Assembly (NCBI GenBank): GCA_040755475.1
Contig: JBFMBA010000047.1
Span: 1-29,790 of the forward strand
Direction: 5' to 3'
From: Thermodesulfobacteriota bacterium
GTDB lineage: Bacteria > Desulfobacterota > Syntrophia > Syntrophales > UBA5619
Length of the DNA stretch: 29,790 nt
In this document: piece after piece, positions 16,918-26,099 of the stretch
How positions within the stretch are numbered: position 1 is the first letter of the stretch
Layout: every line of letters begins with the position of its first letter
Program-made: the position numbers and the translations under genes
The notes under the pieces: model-generated
Databases searched by the model: none
What the model was told of the DNA's origin: nothing
What the model saw: the letters and a program-made list of their open reading frames with translations, nothing else

Positions 16918-18021
16918 ATGGAAAACCGGAGCGATTTTCGCATCGCCGTTTTACCCGGCGACGGCATCGGGCATGAGATCATGGATGCCGCCCTGGAGGT
17001 GCTGCGGACGCTGGAACGCAAAGCGGGCGGATTCCGGCTTTTCCCGGAGCTGCTGACGGGCGGCGCCGCCCATTACCGCCAGACCGGCATCGACATCACC
17101 GACGAGGCTTTCGAAAGCGCCCGCCGGGCCGACGCCATTCTCTTCGGCGCCATGGGGCTGCCCGATGTCCGCTTCCCCGACGGGACCGAAATCGCCCCCC
17201 ATCTGAGGATGCGCGTGGAGTTCGACCTCTTCGCGGGCGTCCGGCCCGTGAAGGCCTATCCCAACGTGCCGGGCCCGCTGGCCGACCCGCGCGCGGCGAA
17301 GATCGACCTGGTCATCCTGCGCGAATGCACCGAGGGGCTCTTTGCCTCGCGGGGAAAGGGCGAGGTGATCGACGACCGGGAGGCGAGGGAAACCCTGGTG
17401 CTGACCCGGTCCAACTGCGAGCGGTTTTTCGACTTCGGGTTCACTCTCGCCCGCCAGCGGAAGGAAAAAGGCGGCCGGGGCCGGGTGACCTGTGTCGACA
17501 AATCGAACGTGTTTCGCGCCTACGCCTTCTTCCGGAAGATCTTCACGGAGCGGGCCGGCCGCTTTCCCGACATTGCCGCGGGATACCACTACGTCGACGC
17601 CATGGCCCTGGACCTGGTGCGGAAACCCTGGGAGTTCGACGTCCTGGTCGCAGAAAACATGTTCGCCGACATCCTGTCCGACCTGGGCGGCGGGATCATC
17701 GGCGGGATGGGCATGGCGCCCTGCGCCGAAATCGGCGAGCATCACGGGCTGTTCCAGCCCTCCCACGGCAGCGCGCCGGACATCGCCGGAACCGGGCGGG
17801 CCAATCCGACGGCCATGATTCTGTCCGCGGCCATGATGCTCGACTGGCTGGGAAACCGCCACGGTACGGCGGCTCCGGTGGCCGCGGCCCGCCGGCTGGA
17901 GCGCGCCGTCGAGGAAGGCTATGCCTCCCGCGAAATCCGTCCCATGGAGTTCGGGGGACCCCACGGAACAAAGGAGGTGACCCGCGCCGTCTGCGAAAGG
18001 ATCGAGCGGGGGACGGAGTGA
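16918..18021 (+). CDS. Isocitrate/isopropylmalate/tartrate dehydrogenase-family enzyme (substrate uncertain)
   Basis: IAVLPGDGIG, VDKSNV, ENMFADILSD, HGSAPDIAG and ANPTAMILS motifs. Confidence 0.9.
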   Translation: MENRSDFRIAVLPGDGIGHEIMDAALEVLRTLERKAGGFRLFPELLTGGAAHYRQTGIDITDEAFESARRADAILFGAMGLPDVRFPDGTEIAPHLRMRVEFDLFAGVRPVKAYPNVPGPLADPRAAKIDLVILRECTEGLFASRGKGEVIDDREARETLVLTRSNCERFFDFGFTLARQRKEKGGRGRVTCVDKSNVFRAYAFFRKIFTERAGRFPDIAAGYHYVDAMALDLVRKPWEFDVLVAENMFADILSDLGGGIIGGMGMAPCAEIGEHHGLFQPSHGSAPDIAGTGRANPTAMILSAAMMLDWLGNRHGTAAPVAAARRLERAVEEGYASREIRPMEFGGPHGTKEVTRAVCERIERGTE

Positions 18022-18168
18022 AACAACGCACCCGGAGGGCCCGCTTTCCGAAACGGGAGTTCACCCCCTTCCGTCATCCCCTTGCCCTTCGCGCAGGGTG
18101 CTTCGTCCAAGGCGCCTCCCCTGCCGGTCAGGTTTCCTCGACGCGACAAACGGGACGCGAAAATATGA

Positions 18169-18197
18169 TTGACAGGCGGGGAAAAAGCTGTTAGGTG
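18169..18197 (+). promoter_or_regulatory. Probable trp operon promoter
   Basis: Perfect TTGACA at 18169; the 17-bp-spaced -10 (TAGGTG) is poor. Its position fits a transcript starting about 30 nt before the leader ATG. Confidence 0.45.
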
Positions 18198-18234
18198 TGA
18201 AGCCGCTTTTTTGCAAAGCCATGAAGGTGTGACA

Positions 18235-18300
18235 ATGCGCAGATCAGGAAACAGCTGGTGGTGGTGGAACAAAACAACGGGGAGGTTTGTCCGCTGCTGA
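18235..18300 (+). CDS. trpL: trp leader peptide MRRSGNSWWWWNKTTGRFVRC (21 aa)
   Basis: Four consecutive TGG codons (18256-18267), SD-like AAGGTG upstream, and terminators and trpE directly downstream. Confidence 0.92.
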   Translation: MRRSGNSWWWWNKTTGRFVRC

Positions 18301-18321
18301 CCAGATGACGCGATATCGATG

Positions 18322-18365
18322 AAAGCCGTGGGGACCTCTTCGGGACCCCACGGCTTTTTTGTTTT
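18322..18365 (+). terminator. Attenuator terminator T1
   Basis: AAAGCCGTGGGG (18322-33) / CCCCACGGCTTT (18346-57), inner cUUCGg loop, followed by TTTGTTTT. Confidence 0.9.
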
Positions 18366-18377
18366 CCCAGAGAAGCG

Positions 18378-18406
18378 AAAGGCCGTGATGATTCACGGCC
18401 TTTTTT
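18378..18406 (+). terminator. Second leader terminator T2
   Basis: AAAGGCCGTGA-TGAT-TCACGGCCTTT plus TTT; ends 31 nt before the trpE ATG. Confidence 0.85.
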
Positions 18407-18437
18407 CGTGGCAGCCATCACAAAAAAGGAAAGGCCC

Positions 18438-19922
18438 ATGCACACGCCAAACTTTGAAACGTTCGTCCGGCTGGCGAAGGAAGGCAACCTGATTCCCGTC
18501 TATCGGGAGATCCTCGCCGATACCGAAACACCCGTCACCGCCCTCATGAAACTGGCGGACCGCCCCCATCTGTTTCTGCTGGAGAGCGTGGAGGGAGGCG
18601 AGAAATGGGGGCGATACAGCTTCATCGGGGCGGACCTGTCGGCCATCTTCCGCGTACAGAACGGCGAGATCATCGTCGAGCGGGACGGCGGTGCCAGACG
18701 CCACCCCCATGGGGGCAATCCCCTGCGTTTTCTCAAAGAGCTGCTCGGCGAATACCGGCCGGTCCCCGTGGAGGGTCTGCCGAGGTTCTCCGGGGGCGCC
18801 GTGGGGTTTCTCGGTTATGACATGGTCCGGTATTTCGAAAAGCTCCCGAAAGCGGCTGCGGGAGCGCTTCCGACCGACGATGCGGTCTTCATGATCACCG
18901 ACTCGCTTGTGGTGTTCGACAACGTCCGGCACACGATCAAGATCGTCGCCTGCGCCGTCACCGATGACGAACAGGACCTGCGCACAGTCTACGAAAAGGC
19001 CCTCCGCCGCGTCGACGCCATGACCGATTTGCTCAAGGCGCCCCGTCCCGCGAAACCCGAGGCGTCCCGCCGGAGCGCGCCTCTGCCCTTCCGGCCCGAC
19101 ATGACTCCCGATGCTTTCAAATCGATGGTCGTCAGGGCCAAGGAGTACATCGCCGCGGGGGATATCATCCAGGCGGTCATCTCCCAGCGGTTTCAGCGGG
19201 ATAGCGAGGCTGACCCCGTGGATCTCTACCGGGCGCTTCGCCACGTCAACCCGTCGCCCTACATGTTTTTTCTGCGCCTTGGCGGAATGCATCTGATCGG
19301 CTCGTCGCCGGAGGTGATGGTCCGCCTCGAGGAGGGTATCGCGGAACTCAAACCCATCGCCGGGACGAGGCGGCGGGGCAGTAACGAACAGGAGGACCGG
19401 GCACTGGCCGACGAGCTCCTCCAGGACCCCAAGGAGCGGGCGGAGCACGTCATGCTCGTCGACCTGGGCCGGAACGATCTGGGGCGGATTGCCCGGATCG
19501 GAAGCGTCCAGGTGGGGCAGCTCATGGCCGTGGAGCGCTACTCCCACGTCATGCATCTGGTTTCGGACATCCGGGCGCAGATCGCACCGGGCAGGGACTG
19601 CTTCGACGTCCTCCGGGCCACCTTTCCCGCGGGGACCCTGTCGGGGGCGCCGAAAATCCGTGCGATGGAGATCATCGCCGAGCTGGAGCCCTCCCGGCGG
19701 GGGCCATACGGCGGCGCCGTGGGCTACTTCGGCTACGACGGCAACATGGATTTCTGCATCACGATCCGGACGATGCTGATCCGGGACGGGAAAATCTATC
19801 TCCAGGCCGGCGCGGGAATCGTGGCCGACTCCGACCCGGAGACGGAATACAGGGAAACGCTCGGCAAGGCAGAGGGGATGGTCCAGGCGGTCCGACTGGC
19901 GGAGAGCGGATTTGAACTTTGA
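18438..19922 (+). CDS. trpE: Anthranilate synthase component I
   Basis: LLES and NPSPYM (Trp feedback motifs), SSPE, PIAGTR, EHVMLVDLGRND and GTLSGAPK. RBS AAGGAAAGG precedes ATG 18438. Confidence 0.96.
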   Translation: MHTPNFETFVRLAKEGNLIPVYREILADTETPVTALMKLADRPHLFLLESVEGGEKWGRYSFIGADLSAIFRVQNGEIIVERDGGARRHPHGGNPLRFLKELLGEYRPVPVEGLPRFSGGAVGFLGYDMVRYFEKLPKAAAGALPTDDAVFMITDSLVVFDNVRHTIKIVACAVTDDEQDLRTVYEKALRRVDAMTDLLKAPRPAKPEASRRSAPLPFRPDMTPDAFKSMVVRAKEYIAAGDIIQAVISQRFQRDSEADPVDLYRALRHVNPSPYMFFLRLGGMHLIGSSPEVMVRLEEGIAELKPIAGTRRRGSNEQEDRALADELLQDPKERAEHVMLVDLGRNDLGRIARIGSVQVGQLMAVERYSHVMHLVSDIRAQIAPGRDCFDVLRATFPAGTLSGAPKIRAMEIIAELEPSRRGPYGGAVGYFGYDGNMDFCITIRTMLIRDGKIYLQAGAGIVADSDPETEYRETLGKAEGMVQAVRLAESGFEL

Positions 19923-19945
19923 CGGCGTTGCAACGTGCGCTTTAC

Positions 19946-20186
19946 AATCATGCTCCCTCCGCACGCTGGACCTTTTTCGACCCTGCACCTCCTCGCTTCG
20001 CTGAACGAAAAATGAGGGACAGGAAAATGAGGAACAGCTCCCTGGAAAATGAGGAACAGCTCCCTATTTTCAATAAAAAATAGGGAGCTGTCCCCATTTT
20101 CCGGGAAGGCGCCGCGCTGCGTGGGCAGGGGTCCCGAAAAATCTCCGATGCGTGCTCCCGGGAGATGATTTCCATGTCGCGCAAAG
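19946..20186 (-). repeat. Intergenic repeat copy A (arms 19946-20001 and 20133-20186), interrupted by a REP-like cluster
   Basis: The reverse complements of the arms match 21985-22040 (53/56) and 21915-21968 (45/54). Confidence 0.9.
20007..20102. repeat. REP-like cluster: exact 22-bp tandem duplication plus an inverted copy
   Basis: GGAAAATGAGGAACAGCTCCCT at 20022-43 and 20044-65; partial copy at 20007; inverted copy AAAATAGGGAGCTGTCCCCATTTTCC at 20077-20102. Confidence 0.88.
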
Positions 20187-20259
20187 AGGATGTAACCAGT
20201 CAACTCCCGCTCCCCTGGCGGGAGGGGAACAAGGAGTGGAAGATGAAAGGATTGCAGCG

Positions 20260-20844
20260 ATGATACTGATGATCGACAACTACGATTCGTTTACCTACAA
20301 CCTGGTCCAGTACCTGGGCCAGCTCGGGGAAGCGGTGTCCGTCCGCAGAAACGACGAGATCTCTCTCGTGGAGATCGAGGCGATGAAGCCCGAGGCGATC
20401 TTCCTCTCCCCCGGCCCGTGCTCGCCTGAGCAGGCAGGGATCACCGTCGACTCGGTCAGGATGTTCCACCCCCGTATCCCCATCATGGGGGTCTGCCTCG
20501 GCCATCAGGCCATCGCCAGCGCCTTCGGCGGCAGAATTGTGCGGGCGGGCAGGATCATGCACGGCAAGACCTCCCCTATTCTCCATGACGGGCAGACGAT
20601 CTTCGAGGGGATGGCCAGCCCCTTTCCCGCCGGCCGCTACCACTCGCTGCTCGTGGAGCGGGAAACCCTCCCGGCCTGCCTGGAGATCAGCGCCGAGACC
20701 CGGGAGGGAGAGATCATGGGGCTTCGGCACAAGAGATGGCCCGTGGAGGGTATCCAGTTTCACCCGGAATCGATCCTGACGCCGGGCGGAAAGCGGATCA
20801 TCCGAAATTTCCTCAAAATGCTCGATCGAAAAAGGAGGCATTGA
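20260..20844 (+). CDS. trpG: Anthranilate synthase component II (glutamine amidotransferase)
   Basis: MILMIDNYDSFTYNL, SPGP, GVCLGHQ and QFHPES (Cys-His-Glu triad). Confidence 0.96.
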   Translation: MILMIDNYDSFTYNLVQYLGQLGEAVSVRRNDEISLVEIEAMKPEAIFLSPGPCSPEQAGITVDSVRMFHPRIPIMGVCLGHQAIASAFGGRIVRAGRIMHGKTSPILHDGQTIFEGMASPFPAGRYHSLLVERETLPACLEISAETREGEIMGLRHKRWPVEGIQFHPESILTPGGKRIIRNFLKMLDRKRRH

Positions 20845-20846
20845 CC

Positions 20847-21860
20847 ATGATCAGAGAAGGGATCGCCAAGGCAGTCCGCGGGGAAAACCTGCGGGAGGGC
20901 GAGATGACGGCCATCATGACGGAGGTGATGGAGGGAGCGGCGACGCCCGCCCAGATGGCCTCCTTCATGACCGCGCTGCGGATGAAGGGAGAAACGGTGG
21001 AGGAGGTGACCGGAGCGGCCCGCGTGATGCGGCATATGGCGACCCGGATCGATGCGCGCGCGCCGGTCGTGGTGGATACCTGCGGCACGGGAGGGGACGG
21101 AAGCAACACCTTCAACGTCTCCACGACCACCGCCTTCGTGGTCGCCGCGGCCGGCCTGACGGTGGCCAAGCACGGCAACCGGTCCGTTTCCAGCGGCTGC
21201 GGGAGCGCTGATCTCCTCGAGGCCCTTGGCGTCAAAATCGACGCGGACCCGGAGATCATCGAGGAGTGCCTCCAGGAGGTCGGCATCGGCTTCCTTTTCG
21301 CCCCCCGGCTCCACGGGGCGATGAAGTACGCCATCGGTCCCCGCAGGGAGATCGGCATCCGGACCATCTTCAACATGCTGGGGCCGCTCACGAATCCCGC
21401 CGGGGCCACCTCCCAGCTCATCGGGGTATACGACCCGAAGCTCACCGAGATGTTCGCCGGCGTCCTCAAAAACCTGGGAACGAAGCGCGCCTTCATCGTC
21501 CACGGCGCCGACGGCCTTGACGAGGCCACCGTCACCGGCGAGACCCGGGTCTCCGAGCTGAAGGAGGGGCTGATCACGACCTACAACATCGATCCCCAGG
21601 AGCTTTTCGGTGAGACCTACCCCGCCCACGATCTCCGGGGAGGTGACGCCGAGACGAACGCCCGGATCACGACGGAGATCCTCAGCGGTGAACGGCACGG
21701 GGCCTGCAGGCAGATCGTCGTTCTCAATGCGGCGCTGGCCATCGTGGCGGGGGGAAAGGCCCCGACGATCCGGGAAGGGGCAGAAGCGGCGGCGGACTCG
21801 ATCGACAGCGGCGCCGCGCTCAAGAAGCTGCAGGCGCTGATAGAGCGGAGCAACAGTTGA
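20847..21860 (+). CDS. trpD: Anthranilate phosphoribosyltransferase
   Basis: DTCGTGGDG, NVST, AKHGNRSVSS, RTIFNMLGPLTNP and GLDE motifs. Confidence 0.96.
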   Translation: MIREGIAKAVRGENLREGEMTAIMTEVMEGAATPAQMASFMTALRMKGETVEEVTGAARVMRHMATRIDARAPVVVDTCGTGGDGSNTFNVSTTTAFVVAAAGLTVAKHGNRSVSSGCGSADLLEALGVKIDADPEIIEECLQEVGIGFLFAPRLHGAMKYAIGPRREIGIRTIFNMLGPLTNPAGATSQLIGVYDPKLTEMFAGVLKNLGTKRAFIVHGADGLDEATVTGETRVSELKEGLITTYNIDPQELFGETYPAHDLRGGDAETNARITTEILSGERHGACRQIVVLNAALAIVAGGKAPTIREGAEAAADSIDSGAALKKLQALIERSNS

Positions 21861-21914
21861 CTGGCGGCTCCGCACTTGTCTCTGCTCCCTGTTGCACGGA
21901 AGCTACAATGAAGC

Positions 21915-22040
21915 CTTTGCATCACTTGGAAATCGTGTCCCGGAAGCACGCAGTGGAGATTTTTCGGGGCCGCCTGGCTCCGCCGCGAAGCGGGGAGGTG
22001 CAGGGTGGAAAAAGGTCCAGCGTGCGGAGGGAGCCTGATT
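21915..22040 (+). repeat. Intergenic repeat copy B (intact, about 126 bp) between trpD and trpC
   Basis: Inverted homolog of the arms at 19946-20001 and 20133-20186; here the arms are only 16 bp apart. Confidence 0.9.
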
Positions 22041-22070
22041 TTCAACGCGCTCACAATTGAGGATCGTGAC

Positions 22071-22844
22071 TTGATATTGGACGACATCATCAACGTTAAG
22101 CGCCGCGAGGTGGCGGAAAGGAAAAGCAGGACCCCCCGAGCCGTCCTGGAGAGGACCCTTCAAGGAACACCGCCGGCCCGGGATTTCCGGCGGGCGCTGG
22201 AGGGCGGCTCCTGCGCCGTGATCGCCGAGGTGAAGCGGCGCTCCCCGTCCCGGGGAACGATCCGCGGGGATGTGAATGCCGCCCTGACCGCCGCGGAATA
22301 TGAACGCTACGGAGCGGCCGCCGTCTCCGTCCTCACGGACGGGGCCTTCTTCGGGGGAAGCGACGCCGACCTGGCCGCCGTCAAGGGCGCCGTCGCACTG
22401 CCGGTCCTCCGCAAGGAGTTCATCGTCGATCCCTGGCAGATCCTGGAGACACGGGCCATGGGCGCCGACGCACTGCTGCTCATCGCCGCCGTCCTGAGCG
22501 CGGGAGAGCTGCGGGACTACGGCAATCTCGCCGCATCGCTGGGCATGGCATCGCTCGTGGAGATCCATGACCGCAGGGAGCTGGAGATGGCCCTCGGCGC
22601 AGACGCCCGGATCATCGGGATCAACAACCGGGACCTCCGGACCTTCGTAACAGATGTGGAAACATCGCGGGTGCTCGCGCCCCTCGTCCCGGGGGATCGG
22701 ACCGTCGTCAGCGAAAGCGGAATCGACTCCCGGGCTCAGATCGAAACCCTCATGCAGGCCGGTGTCCGGGCCTTCCTGATCGGGGAGGCACTGGTCGCCG
22801 CCCCGGACCGAGGGGCGAAGATGCGGGAGCTGCTGGGACGATGA
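22071..22844 (+). CDS. trpC: Indole-3-glycerol phosphate synthase
   Basis: TTG start (MILDDII) after GAGGA; IAEVKRRSPSRG, VLRKEFI, GINNRDL and VSESG motifs. Confidence 0.95.
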   Translation: MILDDIINVKRREVAERKSRTPRAVLERTLQGTPPARDFRRALEGGSCAVIAEVKRRSPSRGTIRGDVNAALTAAEYERYGAAAVSVLTDGAFFGGSDADLAAVKGAVALPVLRKEFIVDPWQILETRAMGADALLLIAAVLSAGELRDYGNLAASLGMASLVEIHDRRELEMALGADARIIGINNRDLRTFVTDVETSRVLAPLVPGDRTVVSESGIDSRAQIETLMQAGVRAFLIGEALVAAPDRGAKMRELLGR

Positions 22845-23530
22845 AGGACTGCCGTACCGAAATCAAGATCTGCGGGATCACGCGCCTCGAGGACGCCCTT
22901 TGCGCAACCGAGTGCGGGGCGGACGCCCTCGGGTTCATCTTCCATCCCGCAAGCCCCCGCTGGATCACACCCGAGAAGGCAAGGGCCATCATCACGCGTC
23001 TACCCAGCGACGTGGCGACGGTCGGCGTTTTCGTGAACGGCGACGGGGAGATGGTGGAGCAGACCGCCGATGCGTGCGGCCTCGATCTGATCCAGTTGCA
23101 CGGCGACGAATCCCCCGCGTACTGCCGCCGGTTCCCGCCCGGGCGCATGATCAAGGCCGTCTCCCCCCCCACGCCAGGGGAGATTGCAGCGCTCAACGCC
23201 TACGAAGTGCGGGCCTTTCTGATCGACGCCCGGCAGACCGGCCGCTACGGGGGGACGGGGAAGCGGTCCGACTGGAACGTGGCGAAGGCCATTCGGGAGT
23301 CGCATCCATTGATCCTCGCCGGCGGCCTGAACGCGGAAAACATCGAGGCAGCCATCGCCGCCGTCGCCCCCCACGCCGTGGACATCAACAGCGGCTGCGA
23401 GCAGGCCCCGGGGATCAAGGATCACGACCGGATACGTCGGATCATAGGGATGATTCGGGGGAGCACCCAGGGGACGATCCGCCCGGGCGGCGCGCCCGGG
23501 GCGACACCCATCTTCGGAAAGGACGGATGA
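22841..23530 (+). CDS. trpF: Phosphoribosylanthranilate isomerase
   Basis: [19 protein letters not shown] and LAGGLN motifs; ATGA overlap with trpC. Confidence 0.95.
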   Translation: MKDCRTEIKICGITRLEDALCATECGADALGFIFHPASPRWITPEKARAIITRLPSDVATVGVFVNGDGEMVEQTADACGLDLIQLHGDESPAYCRRFPPGRMIKAVSPPTPGEIAALNAYEVRAFLIDARQTGRYGGTGKRSDWNVAKAIRESHPLILAGGLNAENIEAAIAAVAPHAVDINSGCEQAPGIKDHDRIRRIIGMIRGSTQGTIRPGGAPGATPIFGKDG

Positions 23531-23534
23531 ATCA

Positions 23535-24730
<1,196 letters not shown>

Positions 24731-24731
<1 letters not shown>

Positions 24732-25567
24732 TGGGACGGATCGAAGCAAGATTCAGGACGTTGAAACAAGAAGGGCGAAAGGCACTGGTCGTTTACCTGA
24801 CCGCGGGCGATCCCACGCTGCAAGCCACCGCAAGCCTGATCCCGGCGCTCGAGGCCGCGGGAGCGGACATCGTGGAGATCGGCGTCCCCTTCTCCGATCC
24901 GACGGCGGACGGTCCCGTCATCCAGGCCGCCTCCCAGCGCGCCCTCAGGGGAGGTACGACCCTGGAGAAGATCCTCGCGATGATCGCCTCCCTTCGCCGG
25001 ACATGCGGAATTCCGATCGTCCTTTTCGGCTACTACAACCCCTTGCTGGGCTACGGGACGCAGCGGTTTGCAGCCGATGCGGCGGCTTCCGGCGTGGACG
25101 GCATCCTTGTGGTCGACCTCCCCCCCGAAGAGTCGGACGAGCTTCGCCGCTGGACCGATCCGGCGGGACTGGCGTTTATCTCGCTCATCGCCCCGACGAC
25201 CGCTCCGAAAAGGGCCCGCAGGATTCTTCGGGGTGCGGCGGGATTCGTCTATTTCATCTCCGTCACGGGCGTCACCGGAACCGCTGCCCCGCGAATCGAG
25301 GAGATCGGACATGCCATCGGCAAATTCAGGCCGATGACGACCCTTCCCGTGGCCGTCGGCTTCGGTATCTCCACGCCGGCCCAGGCGGCGGCCATCGCCC
25401 CCCTGGCGGACGGCATCGTCGTCGGCAGCGCCCTGGTCCGCCTGATCGCCGAGACGGGGCAGCGCGGCGACCCCGTCCCTGCAGCCGCCGCCTTCACCGC
25501 GATGCTCCGTCGGGCCATCGACGGCGAGGTCGCCGACGGGCGGATGCGGCCCCCCCTCCCGGAATGA
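24731..25567 (+). CDS. trpA: Tryptophan synthase alpha chain
   Basis: TAATG overlap with trpB; EIGVPFSDPTADGPVIQ, GVTG and VGFGIS motifs. Confidence 0.97.
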
Positions 25568-25690
25568 CAGCGGCACCCCCCCGGCCGAAGGGCGTGGTTT
25601 GCGGGTGCGCTTCCGGTCGCGGAAGGTGGAAATTCCCTCGAACATCGGGCAGCCGGCCGTCATCACAGTGACGACGCAATGGAAAATGTG

Positions 25691-25719
25691 TTGATCGGGG
25701 TTGTCTGCTGTGTTATGGT
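25691..25719 (+). promoter_or_regulatory. sigma70 promoter with extended -10
   Basis: TTGATC-17 bp-TATGGT, with TGn directly before the -10; about 380 bp upstream of the GGDEF ATG. Confidence 0.6.
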
Positions 25720-25747
25720 TATAGCGGTTCTTTTACGGGGCTCGCCG

Positions 25748-25968
25748 CGGGGATCCCGACGCAAAACCGGGTTCCCGGATGAAAGGGCCCCTGTCGAAGG
25801 GCATCCTGTCCCGCTGGCCAGGCGGTTCTGCGGGATGCGCTGCCCAGGGCGCATCTAGGCGTGAGGCAAACAGGTGACCCGTTTTATAACGAACTACTGC
25901 TGCGTCGCGCAAATGGTACCGGCAGTCAAGCCCGGCACCTCGAGTCCTATGAGCGGGCGGGATCCCCG
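25748..25968 (+). ncRNA. Candidate structured RNA or long leader, family not identified
   Basis: Perfect 11-bp closing helix 25748-58/25958-68, second helix 25767-73/25929-35, internal hairpins, and a promoter just upstream. Confidence 0.35.
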
Positions 25969-26099
25969 GTCATGCCCGGATACGTCATCACTCCAAAGAA
26001 AAATAACAGGTCGTCCATCCCCCTTACCGTTGATCCGTGCGGCACGTCCGTTGAGCGGCAATTCATGCCGAACCCTTCCAACGACAGGAGAGAGGACCT

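Noticed and set aside
16918-18021. Calling this gene leuB
   Set aside because: It has no leu context, has a variant motif, and is linked to a transporter operon.
18140-18160. GACGCGA direct repeat (14-bp period) upstream of the trp -35
   Set aside because: A 7-bp match in GC-rich DNA can arise by chance.
18100-18234. TrpR operator or T-box upstream of trp
   Set aside because: Neither a CTAG-centred TrpR box nor a T-box sequence is present; leader-peptide attenuation explains the region.
20007-20102. CRISPR array
   Set aside because: The repeats are directly adjacent with no spacers, there are only two full units, and no cas genes are present.
25740-25960. c-di-GMP-I (GEMM) riboswitch suggested by GACGCAAAACC, GGCAAAC and GCGCAAA upstream of a GGDEF gene
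   Set aside because: The motifs are in the wrong order and spacing, and there is no GNRA-capped P2 between GGCAAA and GCAAA. A cmscan is needed to exclude it fully.
25737-26099. tmRNA (GGGGCT...GAC-like 5' end), RNase P or SRP RNA
   Set aside because: There is no T-arm/CCA 3' end or tag ORF, no GAGGAAAGUCC, and no SRP GGAA helix-8 motif.
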